Virus record (IMG/VR): IMGVR_UViG_3300030090_003512
Coordinates: 1 to 55,451 of that record
Source of the DNA: a virus
Lineage: Duplodnaviria > Caudoviricetes
Direction: 5' to 3' (one strand)
Length of the DNA: 55,451 nucleotides
In this document: one piece after another, positions 1 through 8,358 of the stretch
Numbering within the stretch: the stretch's first letter is position 1
How the letters are laid out: each line of letters opens with the position of its first letter
The notes under the pieces: model-generated
The model's input: the letters and a program-made list of their open reading frames with translations, nothing else
Told to the model about the DNA's origin: nothing
Database searches by the model: none
Translations under genes and position numbers: made by a program

Positions 1-4
1 AAAT

Positions 5-367
5 ATGAACAACGAAGATAGAAACCGAATAGCTAAACAACATTGCAATAAACTAATAGCAGAATTTATGGGTGCTGTGGGTACACCTAAATACAATCCT
101 ACTGAGTGGGATGTGTACATCACAGGGTGCTTAGACGTTGATTCAGATGATGAAAACGCACAACACTTTTATACACCTGATGAAATGAAATACGACACAT
201 CATGGGATTGGTTGATGCCTGTACTTAAGAAGATTACTATCGGAAAACTAAACCCAAGCAACTATCGTAAATGGAGAATGATTAACACACCTACAGAGTA
301 CAACATAGAGGAGGTGTACAAAGCAGTAGTACGATTTATTAAAAAATATAACGATGGAAAACAATAA
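5..367 (+). CDS. Small early protein with NKLIAEFMG...SWDWLMPV motifs (possibly ABA-sandwich-like); may be the 3' part of the ORF starting at 55303
   Basis: ORF track; paralogue of 354..632; in frame with the terminal ORF if the ends are joined. Confidence 0.75.
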   Translation: MNNEDRNRIAKQHCNKLIAEFMGAVGTPKYNPTEWDVYITGCLDVDSDDENAQHFYTPDEMKYDTSWDWLMPVLKKITIGKLNPSNYRKWRMINTPTEYNIEEVYKAVVRFIKKYNDGKQ

Positions 368-632
368 ACTAATAGCAGAATTTATGGGGCTTGAAGTCTT
401 GTATAGACCAAACTCAAATGGGTTTATAGAAATATCAGATACAGAACTTTGTGATGTTGATGACTTGATATACCACAGATCATGGGATTGGCTGATGCCT
501 GTAGTACAGAAGTGCTTTGAAGTTGCTGAGCATGAAGATGACTTTTTCGCAATAAGCGGTAATCTACCCTACATGGATAGCACATACAAAGCAGTAGTAG
601 AATTTATTAAACAATACAACGATGAGCAATAA
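354..632 (+). CDS. Small early protein, paralogue of 5..367
   Basis: Shares NKLIAEFMG, SWDWLMPV and YKAVVxFIKxYND blocks. Confidence 0.8.
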   Translation: MENNKLIAEFMGLEVLYRPNSNGFIEISDTELCDVDDLIYHRSWDWLMPVVQKCFEVAEHEDDFFAISGNLPYMDSTYKAVVEFIKQYNDEQ

Positions 633-768
633 ACTATGGAGAATAATCGATAGGCACAACGATACTATCAAAACACAAGGTAAACTAATTACACAACTGC
701 GTGCAGAAAACGAACAGCTAACAATAGAAATCAATAAACTTAAAAACACAGATGAGCAAGAAACGTAA
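622..768 (+). CDS. Small coiled-coil early protein (48 aa)
   Basis: Read manually: MSNKLWRIIDRHNDTIKTQGKLITQLRAENEQ...; resembles the N-terminus of 54009..54308; overlaps neighbours in operon fashion. Confidence 0.65.
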   Translation: MSNKLWRIIDRHNDTIKTQGKLITQLRAENEQLTIEINKLKNTDEQET

Positions 769-904
769 AACACAAATCGGATATGAGTCATTCCCATTCG
801 ATGAGTTCGCTGACATGCTAACGATCAACCCAAGCGAATCACAGAAGCTGTTGCGTAAACTAGCAACGGAAAGTAAAACGAAAGTAAAACACAATAATGG
901 ATAA
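752..904 (+). CDS. Hypothetical protein (50 aa)
   Basis: Read manually: MSKKRKTQIGYESFPFDEFADML...; fills the gap between overlapping + strand genes. Confidence 0.55.
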   Translation: MSKKRKTQIGYESFPFDEFADMLTINPSESQKLLRKLATESKTKVKHNNG

Positions 905-1124
905 GAGAGAGGTGTTATTTGAATTAGGTTGTGGTATTGAAGCTACATTGGTTTACTATGTAGTCGATTACCCTGAAGGTTTAAGTATAGATGTAGATTA
1001 TGTGTACTATGGGTACGGCAAGAACAAGCACGAGATGACTTTCTTACTAGACGATAAGCAATTCTATGACTACATGCAGGAGTTGGCCAATGAAGACTTT
1101 GAAGAACCTACATACGATGAATAA
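897..1124 (+). CDS. Acidic hypothetical protein
   Basis: ORF track; A-rich leader; tightly packed. Confidence 0.7.
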   Translation: MDKREVLFELGCGIEATLVYYVVDYPEGLSIDVDYVYYGYGKNKHEMTFLLDDKQFYDYMQELANEDFEEPTYDE

Positions 1125-1130
1125 ATTCAC

Positions 1131-1358
1131 ATGAAAAGACTAATAGGAGTTAAAGAGTTACGCACTCTGTTAGAATCAAATAAATCTCTCTATGAGATCA
1201 TGGATGACCTGAACACTAGGGCTAGGGTGTACGCTATTGAAGAGAGTATCCAAATTCTACACGGTCATTCAGGTAAGGCTGAAAAACAACGAGCTGAGTA
1301 CATTAATAAGCAATCAGCTGCAAACCCACCTAGGTATGGGACCAAACACACATATTAA
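1131..1358 (+). CDS. Hypothetical protein
   Basis: ORF track; tightly packed. Confidence 0.65.
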   Translation: MKRLIGVKELRTLLESNKSLYEIMDDLNTRARVYAIEESIQILHGHSGKAEKQRAEYINKQSAANPPRYGTKHTY

Positions 1359-1381
1359 TTCCTTGAAAATTATTAACAACG

Positions 1382-1413
1382 GTTGCAATTAAAGTTTGTA
1401 ACACATATATTTG
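1382..1413 (+). promoter_or_regulatory. Bacteroidota sigma70-type promoter (-33 GTTG, 20-nt spacer, -7 TATATTTG) for the replication block
   Basis: Matches the TTTG-N19-21-TAnnTTTG consensus; intergenic, 8 nt upstream of ATG 1422. Confidence 0.75.
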
Positions 1414-1421
1414 TCAACGCT

Positions 1422-1901
1422 ATGGGAAAAATGAAGGAAGTATTTATCAAGGATATTGAAGATTTTGGGGAGCATCGTGATCACATTGACGATCAGTACC
1501 AATACAAGCAGTATCTACAAAAAAAAGCTATGAAAGAATTTAAAAACACACTAAAAACACTATCGTTAGTAACGTTTATGTTACTCACTACGATATCGTA
1601 TGGACAGCATATTGTCGACACTTTTTCTTTAGAATACATTCCTTGGGGGTGTGGATCACAAATTGTTTCTAATGAAAACCCACGACAAGATTGGTGGACA
1701 TTCGAGCAACCTGCACCACCTACTAAATGGATTGTAACACAAAATAACGTGACATTAAACGTCAAAGAGATGTCGTTTTACAACAACCTACCATATATGT
1801 GTATAGATGTTACAGAATACGGTGAGTACAGTTTTCAAATAAAAAATTCTCTTACTGATGAAACTCTAGGTGAAGGATTGTTTTACATAACAAGACCATG
1901 A
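1422..1901 (+). CDS. Probable exported protein; signal peptide begins at internal ATG 1530
   Basis: MKEFKNTLKTLSLVTFMLLTTISYG/Q resembles a Sec signal with +1 Gln; the track's TTG start at 1383 lies within the promoter. Confidence 0.65.
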   Translation: MGKMKEVFIKDIEDFGEHRDHIDDQYQYKQYLQKKAMKEFKNTLKTLSLVTFMLLTTISYGQHIVDTFSLEYIPWGCGSQIVSNENPRQDWWTFEQPAPPTKWIVTQNNVTLNVKEMSFYNNLPYMCIDVTEYGEYSFQIKNSLTDETLGEGLFYITRP

Positions 1902-2125
1902 TAGTAGAAGAAGTAACAAAAATCACTGGTGCTACTGGTGACGAAGCATTACGCTTAGCTATAGCATACTTAGCAAAGCACAAGGACATGAGCTATACAG
2001 CCATATCCGAGGCTGTTAATGTGCATAAAGATCCTTTGTTTATGCATTGGATTATGACAGATAGAGCTATGGATCACAGACCAGCATTTAGAAAACAATA
2101 TCAACTATTAATTCAAACCCTTTAA
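1898..2125 (+). CDS. Small protein, possible HTH
   Basis: ATGA overlap with the upstream gene; MSYTAISEAVNV is HTH-like. Confidence 0.6.
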   Translation: MIVEEVTKITGATGDEALRLAIAYLAKHKDMSYTAISEAVNVHKDPLFMHWIMTDRAMDHRPAFRKQYQLLIQTL

Positions 2126-2135
2126 ATTTAAAACT

Positions 2136-2429
2136 ATGGGATCATTAATCAAAGGTTCAATTAATTTGAACAAACTGCCGAAAGAAAAACTTATCAAAGG
2201 CAAAAACGGAACGTACTATGACTTCACTATTTCAGTGAACGATGAGACGGGAGATTATGGTGACAACTGCAGCATGTTTGATTCACAAACAAAAGAAGAG
2301 CGTGAGGCAAAGACACCTAAAAATTATGTAGGTAATGCAAAAGTTATCTGGACTGATGGAACTATCACTACTGCTGAAAGGCGAGAAGAGGTAGAGACAG
2401 AAGCAGAAACTTCTGACTTACCATTTTAA
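2136..2429 (+). CDS. ssb: Single-stranded DNA-binding protein (phage type)
   Basis: Small beta-rich protein with an acidic tail ending SDLPF, beside ERF and exonuclease genes. Confidence 0.7.
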   Translation: MGSLIKGSINLNKLPKEKLIKGKNGTYYDFTISVNDETGDYGDNCSMFDSQTKEEREAKTPKNYVGNAKVIWTDGTITTAERREEVETEAETSDLPF

Positions 2430-2433
2430 TTAA

Positions 2434-2450
2434 TGCGGCCTTGTGCCGCA
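2434..2450 (+). other. GC-rich hairpin TGCGGC-CTTGT-GCCGCA immediately 5' of the tRNA-like element
   Basis: Perfect 6-bp stem without a U tract; possible processing or stability element. Confidence 0.55.
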
Positions 2451-2453
2451 CAC

Positions 2454-2528
2454 CTCCTGCTACCCACTGGGATGGGCTCGTGTTTAATTGGTTTTCCGAG
2501 AGTGTAGGTTCGAATCCTACGCAGGAGT
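2454..2528 (+). ncRNA. tRNA-like RNA with a 16-nt loop in place of the anticodon loop
   Basis: Acceptor CTCCTGC/GCAGGAG; D-like stem CCCA/TGGG; stem CTCG/CGAG closing TGTTTAATTGGTTTTC; canonical T-arm GTAGG-TTCGAAT-CCTAC; no encoded CCA. Confidence 0.8.
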
Positions 2529-2555
2529 CTAATTTTTAATTTAATAAAATATATC

Positions 2556-3125
2556 ATGGTAGATAAACTAAGCCTTATTCAAGGCAACCTCAAAGCTCCG
2601 AAAGGGCAAATGAACAAGTTCGGTGGATACAAATACAGATCTGCTGAAGACATTTTAGAATCGGTAAAACCTTTACTATCAGAACATGGTCTGATCCTAA
2701 CATTGTCAGACGAAATGGTAATGGTTGGTGACAGAGTTTACGTCAAGGCTACAGCTAGGCTTACTGACGGTCAGTCTGAGGTTCAAACAACAGCATTCGC
2801 TAGAGAAGAGGAAAGTAAAAAAGGTATGGACGGTAGCCAGGTAACGGGAGCGTCGTCTAGTTATGCAAGAAAGTATGCACTTAACGGACTGTTTTGTATT
2901 GATGATACAAAAGACAGTGACGCTACAAACACAGGCGCTGGTACTCCAGCTAAAAAGAAAGCTCCTGCAAAGAGTATTTACGAAAAGAGCTTAGCTCACA
3001 TAAACAATTCTAAAGACAAGGCGTCTGCAGTAAAGCTTATACTAGGTAAGTATGAATCTGAGCTTACAAAAGATCAAGTTAAAAAGTTAAAGGCGTTAGG
3101 AAATCTTGCTGAAGTAGTTAAGTAA
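2556..3125 (+). CDS. erf: ERF-family ssDNA annealing protein
   Basis: NKFGGYKYRSAEDIL and QVTGASSSYARKYALNGLFCIDD signatures. Confidence 0.9.
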   Translation: MVDKLSLIQGNLKAPKGQMNKFGGYKYRSAEDILESVKPLLSEHGLILTLSDEMVMVGDRVYVKATARLTDGQSEVQTTAFAREEESKKGMDGSQVTGASSSYARKYALNGLFCIDDTKDSDATNTGAGTPAKKKAPAKSIYEKSLAHINNSKDKASAVKLILGKYESELTKDQVKKLKALGNLAEVVK

Positions 3126-3880
3126 TGGATCTAGCACTTAAGTTATCAGAAAAATATGGGAAGGGATACCTCTCTTACTCGTCGATAAAATACGCATTAA
3201 AAGACATGCAGTTGTTTGAGATGAAGATGAGGGACCAGCTCAAAATAGAAAGTCCAGCCCTTGCTTTTGGTAAGCTATACGACTGTCTGCTCCTCACTCC
3301 TGAGTCGTTTAGCGATCAGTTCGTGGTCGCAGACGATACAGCTATCTGTTTAGAGATAGGTGGTAAAGCTCCACAGAGGACCAAAGCTTACTCAGAATGG
3401 AAAGATTCTTTAGCCGAGCCAGGAAAACAAATAGTTTCTGTTGAAGACAAGGTGAAGGCTGAGGAAATGATACAGAGGTTACAAGAAACTGGAGTCCACG
3501 AAATATCACTACAGGGCAATGCTCAATATGAGTTCAACGACTTTATTGGGGACGTCCCTGTACGTGGATTCCTAGACATCTTAAATGATGAATACATAGC
3601 TGACTCAAAAACCACACAAAAGTTAGATAAGTTTAAGTGGGCTGTGCGAGACTTTGGTTACGATATACAGGCATATATCTATACAGAAGTTTTAGGGATA
3701 AAAGATTTTAGGTGGGTAGCACAAGAGAAAGCATACCCATATGCAGTAGGATTATACTTTGCTTCGGATCAAACGCTAGAGTATGGGAAGCAGAAGTTTG
3801 ATACTGCTGTAGCTAGGATACGTGAACACTTAGATAGTGGAGTTAAAGCAACGACATACTACGAAACATCATACATATGA
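3125..3880 (+). CDS. PD-(D/E)xK exonuclease (RecE/exonuclease VIII-like)
   Basis: LSYSSIK, ALAFG, VRGFLD...IADSKT, GYDIQAYIY; coupled to erf. Confidence 0.85.
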   Translation: MDLALKLSEKYGKGYLSYSSIKYALKDMQLFEMKMRDQLKIESPALAFGKLYDCLLLTPESFSDQFVVADDTAICLEIGGKAPQRTKAYSEWKDSLAEPGKQIVSVEDKVKAEEMIQRLQETGVHEISLQGNAQYEFNDFIGDVPVRGFLDILNDEYIADSKTTQKLDKFKWAVRDFGYDIQAYIYTEVLGIKDFRWVAQEKAYPYAVGLYFASDQTLEYGKQKFDTAVARIREHLDSGVKATTYYETSYI

Positions 3881-4146
3881 GCACGGAAAGTAAAATTAAG
3901 TCAAAGCTTAAAAGCCTACATGATTTATTGATACAAAAAAATAGAAACTATGGAGACAGCGCTTTAATACCTGCCAATATATTTTCTAAACTTACATCTG
4001 TGGAGGCGATAAAAATACGCATTGATGATAAACTTAAAAGAATAGAGAATAAAGGTATCAATGATGACACAGAAGATTCTGTTATGGATCTCGCTGGTTA
4101 TTTAGTACTGCTAATGATAGCAAGAGATAATGAGAAAGTTAAGTAA
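3877..4146 (+). CDS. Nmad1/DUF1599-like protein
   Basis: KNRNYGDS...IRIDDKLKRI...EDSVMDLAGYLVL. Confidence 0.8.
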   Translation: MSTESKIKSKLKSLHDLLIQKNRNYGDSALIPANIFSKLTSVEAIKIRIDDKLKRIENKGINDDTEDSVMDLAGYLVLLMIARDNEKVK

Positions 4147-4486
4147 AATACGCAAGCCAAAACATAAAGGATATTCTTTTGAAACTGTTGAGCAATTGAA
4201 AAAAGAGTATGTGGATCTAGTTTTTCCTGCAGATATGCAAAAAGATATAGCTACACGTAAGCATGAGTCTGTGTTTTTGCGTTATGCTTTTATCAATGCT
4301 TTTAAAACATACTGTCACCACAATGTGCTGGCGCAGACATGGGATATGGCTAGAACAACAATGTATCATGTGTTTGATAAGCATGAAGACAATCTAAAGG
4401 CACATCCTTTATACAGGGTGTGTTACCAAACAGCATTAGGTCTCAAAGAAAAGAACGACTCTCAAAATGCTGACGATATATCGTGA
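4130..4486 (+). CDS. DnaA C-terminal (domain IV)-like DNA-binding protein
   Basis: TRKHESVFLR...LAQTWDMARTTMYH resembles the DnaA-C pattern R..V..R...RDHTTV.H; directly upstream of the primase-helicase. Confidence 0.55.
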   Translation: MRKLSKIRKPKHKGYSFETVEQLKKEYVDLVFPADMQKDIATRKHESVFLRYAFINAFKTYCHHNVLAQTWDMARTTMYHVFDKHEDNLKAHPLYRVCYQTALGLKEKNDSQNADDIS

Positions 4487-6257
4487 TCTATACAGCAAAG
4501 ACTCTCCTAACTATATTTCTTTAGAGCAATGCTTAGAAAGAGTAAAGTCTGGTAAGCAAAAAGATGCTATAGAAAAAATAAGAGGGGGAGACAAATCTTT
4601 AAAGTCAAAGCTGCCTGTTGTTTTATTTAGTGGGAAGTTCAATGAACGCAAGGACTCTTCGCTGATAAAACACAGTGGCTACATTGTCCTGGACTTCGAT
4701 CACATTGATGTAGACAACAGCAAAGCTGTGCTTGCTCTAGATCCTTTTGTCAAAGCCTGCTGGGTTAGCCCTTCTGGTGACGGGTTAAAAGCTGTTGTAA
4801 AGGTTACAAACTCAGAGAATCATAGAGATCATTTCAGAGCTCTTGTAGAATACTTTGATAACAAGTATAATCTAGAGGTTGATAGCACAGGTATCAATGA
4901 AAGTAGGGCATGCTTTGAAAGCTATGATCCTGACGCTGTTATCAAGATAGAGTCAGAGCCTTTTGGGAAGATGCTTTTTGAAGATATCCCTAAGACTCAA
5001 GTAGCTGAGGTAAAGGAAATATCTACAGACTACACTAAGCTACACCTTGCAGCTAGGATGATACGCAACGCTCCTGACGGAGAAAAGCACAACGTACTTC
5101 TGAAAGCTTCTATACTTATGGGTGGGTACATATCTGTGGGTAGGGTAGATGAGCTTGAAGCATATCGTGTTTTAGAGCGTGAGATAGAGCTCCGTGAAGT
5201 TGACGATATGTACGTCGCTAGGAATACTATTCGTGACGGTATAGAGCGTGGCAAGATGGCGCCTATACATGAAACGATAGAGGCAGAAGAGGAAGCGCAA
5301 AGAGAGTTACTACTATCAGACGGCGACATGTCGTTTATGAGTTCCGATGTAGAAGATCTAGACTGGATTATTAGATACAAAAACGGAGAAATAGAGAAGG
5401 GGTGTGGTACAGGCAATGTCCTGTTTGATAAAAACTTTATCTACAAAAAAGAGTTTGTTATGATCTCAGGTCATAGCTCTGTAGGTAAAACTACCTTTAT
5501 GCTGTACATGATGGTTACTATAGCAGTAAACCATAGTTGGGTATGGGTTATTTATTCCTCTGAAAACAAAACTGCTAACGTCAAGATCAAACTTATGCAG
5601 TTTGCTTGTGGCAAGTCTCTAGACGAAATGACTGAGGGGGAGGTAAGGTACATGATGAAGTGGGTGTCAAAGCATTTTATCCTTATAGACAATACTAAAA
5701 TGCTTAGCTACGCAGACCTACTTGTTTATACTGAAAAGATAACTAGGCACAGGAAGATAGATGGATTACTAATAGATCCATACAATTCGCTCAAGGTTGC
5801 TCTTACATCGAACAAGTCAGGATCTGCCTTCGAGTACCACTACGAAGCCGCTGGTGCGTTCCTTACATTTTGTAATAGGTTAGACATAGCTGTATGGGTA
5901 AATGCACACTCAATTACATCAGCTCAAAGGCAAAAAGGTGACGACGGTCAACCTGTTGCACCTCTAGCCCCTGACACAGAGTACGGTGGTATGTGGGTTA
6001 ATAGAGCCGACTGCTTCTTAACAATACACAGAAAGATACATCATCCAGACGTAGAAAAGCGTAGTAGGACAGAGTTTCATGTACGTAAAGTCAGGGAGCA
6101 AGAAACTGGTGGAGAGCCAACAGCAATAGACGATCCATTCTACTTTGACTTCAATGCAAATCACGCAGGATTTACTATGACAGGCCCCTTCTCATCACTC
6201 TATCAACATATTAACATAGAAGATGTTGATAAACAGCTAGAGTTTGAACACTTTTAA
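4467..6257 (+). CDS. Primase-helicase (BT4734/VirE-N-like primase domain + DnaB-like SF4 helicase)
   Basis: KSKLP, LDFDH, SPSGDGLK and SRACFESYDP motifs; Walker A GHSSVGKT; Walker B LLIDPYN; KVRE. Confidence 0.88.
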   Translation: MLTIYRDLYSKDSPNYISLEQCLERVKSGKQKDAIEKIRGGDKSLKSKLPVVLFSGKFNERKDSSLIKHSGYIVLDFDHIDVDNSKAVLALDPFVKACWVSPSGDGLKAVVKVTNSENHRDHFRALVEYFDNKYNLEVDSTGINESRACFESYDPDAVIKIESEPFGKMLFEDIPKTQVAEVKEISTDYTKLHLAARMIRNAPDGEKHNVLLKASILMGGYISVGRVDELEAYRVLEREIELREVDDMYVARNTIRDGIERGKMAPIHETIEAEEEAQRELLLSDGDMSFMSSDVEDLDWIIRYKNGEIEKGCGTGNVLFDKNFIYKKEFVMISGHSSVGKTTFMLYMMVTIAVNHSWVWVIYSSENKTANVKIKLMQFACGKSLDEMTEGEVRYMMKWVSKHFILIDNTKMLSYADLLVYTEKITRHRKIDGLLIDPYNSLKVALTSNKSGSAFEYHYEAAGAFLTFCNRLDIAVWVNAHSITSAQRQKGDDGQPVAPLAPDTEYGGMWVNRADCFLTIHRKIHHPDVEKRSRTEFHVRKVREQETGGEPTAIDDPFYFDFNANHAGFTMTGPFSSLYQHINIEDVDKQLEFEHF

Positions 6258-6284
6258 CATTTATTTGTTTATATATTCCCATAC

Positions 6285-6743
6285 GTGGGAAAGAAAGTAA
6301 AGAATAGATCTAAGGCTAAAGGCCATAGAAGAGCAGGGAACAAACTTAAAAGCGCTCTTGAGGCATACTGTTATGACAGACTCAAGGATGCTAAACTAAA
6401 GTTTGGATATGAAACAGATGTCTTTTATTTAATGGATGGTTTTAGATACAACGGTATCTACCATAAGATGACAAAGGGTAGGGATGTTATGAGAGATAAC
6501 ACTCAGAAGGCAATACAAGGAATTAAGTACACTCCTGATTTTGTTTCCCACGATCACAAGTTTATCATCGAAACAAAAGGGTACGTGCATGGACAGCACA
6601 CCTTTCCGTTACGGTGGAAACTTTTTCTTAGGTATCTAATTGATAATCAGATGGATGACTACATGTTGTTTATCCCTAAGAATAGAAAACAAGTGGACGC
6701 AACAATCAAAATTATTCAGGATGAACTCAAAGGAACTAAGTAG
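6285..6743 (+). CDS. T7 endonuclease I-like resolvase
   Basis: KSALE...YE...YTPDF...IIETKG. Confidence 0.8.
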   Translation: MGKKVKNRSKAKGHRRAGNKLKSALEAYCYDRLKDAKLKFGYETDVFYLMDGFRYNGIYHKMTKGRDVMRDNTQKAIQGIKYTPDFVSHDHKFIIETKGYVHGQHTFPLRWKLFLRYLIDNQMDDYMLFIPKNRKQVDATIKIIQDELKGTK

Positions 6744-6945
6744 ATTGTACTTCGTCACCTGCGATGAGATACAATCGATAACGACACAGCTGTACGAAGA
6801 TCTACACAAAGACAATGGAGAGCCAATAAACAACTGGGAAACCGTTATAGATCTAGCGCTAGACTACAGAAAGGGAGTGCTAGCAGAAATAGAGGGTATA
6901 CGAACAGCATGTGAGGAATACAACGAAAATAAAGTAAAGCTGTAG
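6721..6945 (+). CDS. Hypothetical protein (likely start ATG 6721)
   Basis: 3' part of track ORF 6640..6945; the short-overlap start is more plausible. Confidence 0.6.
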   Translation: MNSKELSRLYFVTCDEIQSITTQLYEDLHKDNGEPINNWETVIDLALDYRKGVLAEIEGIRTACEEYNENKVKL

Positions 6946-6946
6946 G

Positions 6947-7390
6947 ATGTCAGCTCGAAAGCCTTTCGATAAAAAGTTATATGAAAAGTATGACAAGCTA
7001 GCCAGAGTGGCTACAAAAGCTCACCTTAAAAAGAAAGGATTTACTGCTGTAGATCATCACGATAAGTACGCACAGGATCTTATAGCTTCTAAAACAGATG
7101 AGTGGGGAGTTAACTATAGCGATCCCTTTTGTGTAGAGTGCGAAGTAAAAATAGTGTGGTCTGGCGCAAACTTCCCTTACGATACAGTACAATTACCGCA
7201 ACGCAAAAAAAAGTTTTTTAAAGAGCTTACTTTGTTTTACATTTGGAACAAACAATTAACGCATGCCGTTATGTTCTGGAGTCAAAAGGTAAAGCACCTA
7301 AAACCTGTAGAAGTAAAAAACAAATACGTAGGAAGGGGTGAGTACTTCTATCAAATACCTTTAGATCTTACGACAATTATAAAAAGATAA
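6947..7390 (+). CDS. PD-(D/E)xK-type nuclease-like protein
   Basis: QDLIA...VECEVK motif. Confidence 0.6.
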   Translation: MSARKPFDKKLYEKYDKLARVATKAHLKKKGFTAVDHHDKYAQDLIASKTDEWGVNYSDPFCVECEVKIVWSGANFPYDTVQLPQRKKKFFKELTLFYIWNKQLTHAVMFWSQKVKHLKPVEVKNKYVGRGEYFYQIPLDLTTIIKR

Positions 7391-7465
7391 TGTACGTAAC
7401 CACATCTACAATAAGTCACGAATGTATTATAGAACCACACTATGATTCTACATACACTTTACACT

Positions 7466-7894
7466 TTACTTTTTAGCCTTTTCAATCGTACGTCCAGCAA
7501 AGTAAGCTCCGAAGGCAGTAAGCATGAGGATTTGAAGTAGGTCTACGTAAGAGTCCTTTACGTTAAAAGGCACGTTATCCATGCTGTCAATAAACATTGT
7601 CACCATAAACATGCTCATCAAAGCAATCAATGTTACAGGGCGGATAAGCTTTGCTAGCTTTACATCGCTACCCATATCAGCTTTCCAACGCTCCGTTACA
7701 TTTTCTTGAAACCTTACCTCAGCATCGATCTGAGCTTGAGCATCTACAGAGTCTACCTCTGGATCTTTATCGATAAGATTTTTTACTACACCCAATCCAC
7801 CGCTATCTGGTAGCAAGTCTCCTACTACATCCAAAACCTGTGGGGCTTTGCTAGCAAGCCAGCTGCCTAGTTTTGTCTCTTTTATCTTTTTCAT
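7466..7894 (-). CDS. Holin (3TM holin-like)
   Basis: RWKADMGSD...IRP followed by hydrophobic helices and AYFAGRTIEK; ATGA overlap with the endolysin puts the start at 7894. Confidence 0.8.
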   Translation of the reverse strand: MKKIKETKLGSWLASKAPQVLDVVGDLLPDSGGLGVVKNLIDKDPEVDSVDAQAQIDAEVRFQENVTERWKADMGSDVKLAKLIRPVTLIALMSMFMVTMFIDSMDNVPFNVKDSYVDLLQILMLTAFGAYFAGRTIEKAKK

Positions 7895-8358
7895 AGTACT
7901 ATATTTTCTTTCACCTCTTTGTAGCACGTATCTCCATCATTGTCTTTGTATGCTTCGAGGATTCTGTTTCTATTGTCTTTGTCTTTTAACGATATGTGTA
8001 TCCACGAGAAGTCAAACTCGTTAATCATCTGATCAAACTCAACTCCGTTTTGTACAATGTAATCGTATATAACTTGGTTTTTCATAACGCCTTTGTCCCA
8101 GAACTGGATGTCTACAGCTTGGCCTTTGCAGTGCTGCGACTTTGTACTACCTCCGATAGAGCGATTTAATTTAGGTGATCTGTATCCGCTAGTTACACGG
8201 ATAGGACCTAACTGATCACGCATAGGCTGTAGTATCTCTGTTACAATACGTTGTAGATTTTTCTTATGAGCTTCTGTAGGCTCATTTTTTATACCCTTTC
8301 TTTTTGCTGTACTACTGCGTGTAAGCTCAGAAAGAGTAAAGTTTTTGCTTAGTCTCAT
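7891..8358 (-). CDS. Endolysin, peptidase M15 family
   Basis: LSKNFTLSE, SGYRS, SQHCKGQAVD and WIHIS zinc-peptidase motifs. Confidence 0.9.
   Translation of the reverse strand: MRLSKNFTLSELTRSSTAKRKGIKNEPTEAHKKNLQRIVTEILQPMRDQLGPIRVTSGYRSPKLNRSIGGSTKSQHCKGQAVDIQFWDKGVMKNQVIYDYIVQNGVEFDQMINEFDFSWIHISLKDKDNRNRILEAYKDNDGDTCYKEVKENIVL

Noticed and set aside
46-624. Diversity-generating retroelement or mini-CRISPR
   Set aside because: No reverse transcriptase or cas gene; inserts differ in length rather than by adenine-specific substitutions
2454-2528. Ordinary tRNA gene or attP site
   Set aside because: No 7-nt anticodon loop can be formed and no integrase is present
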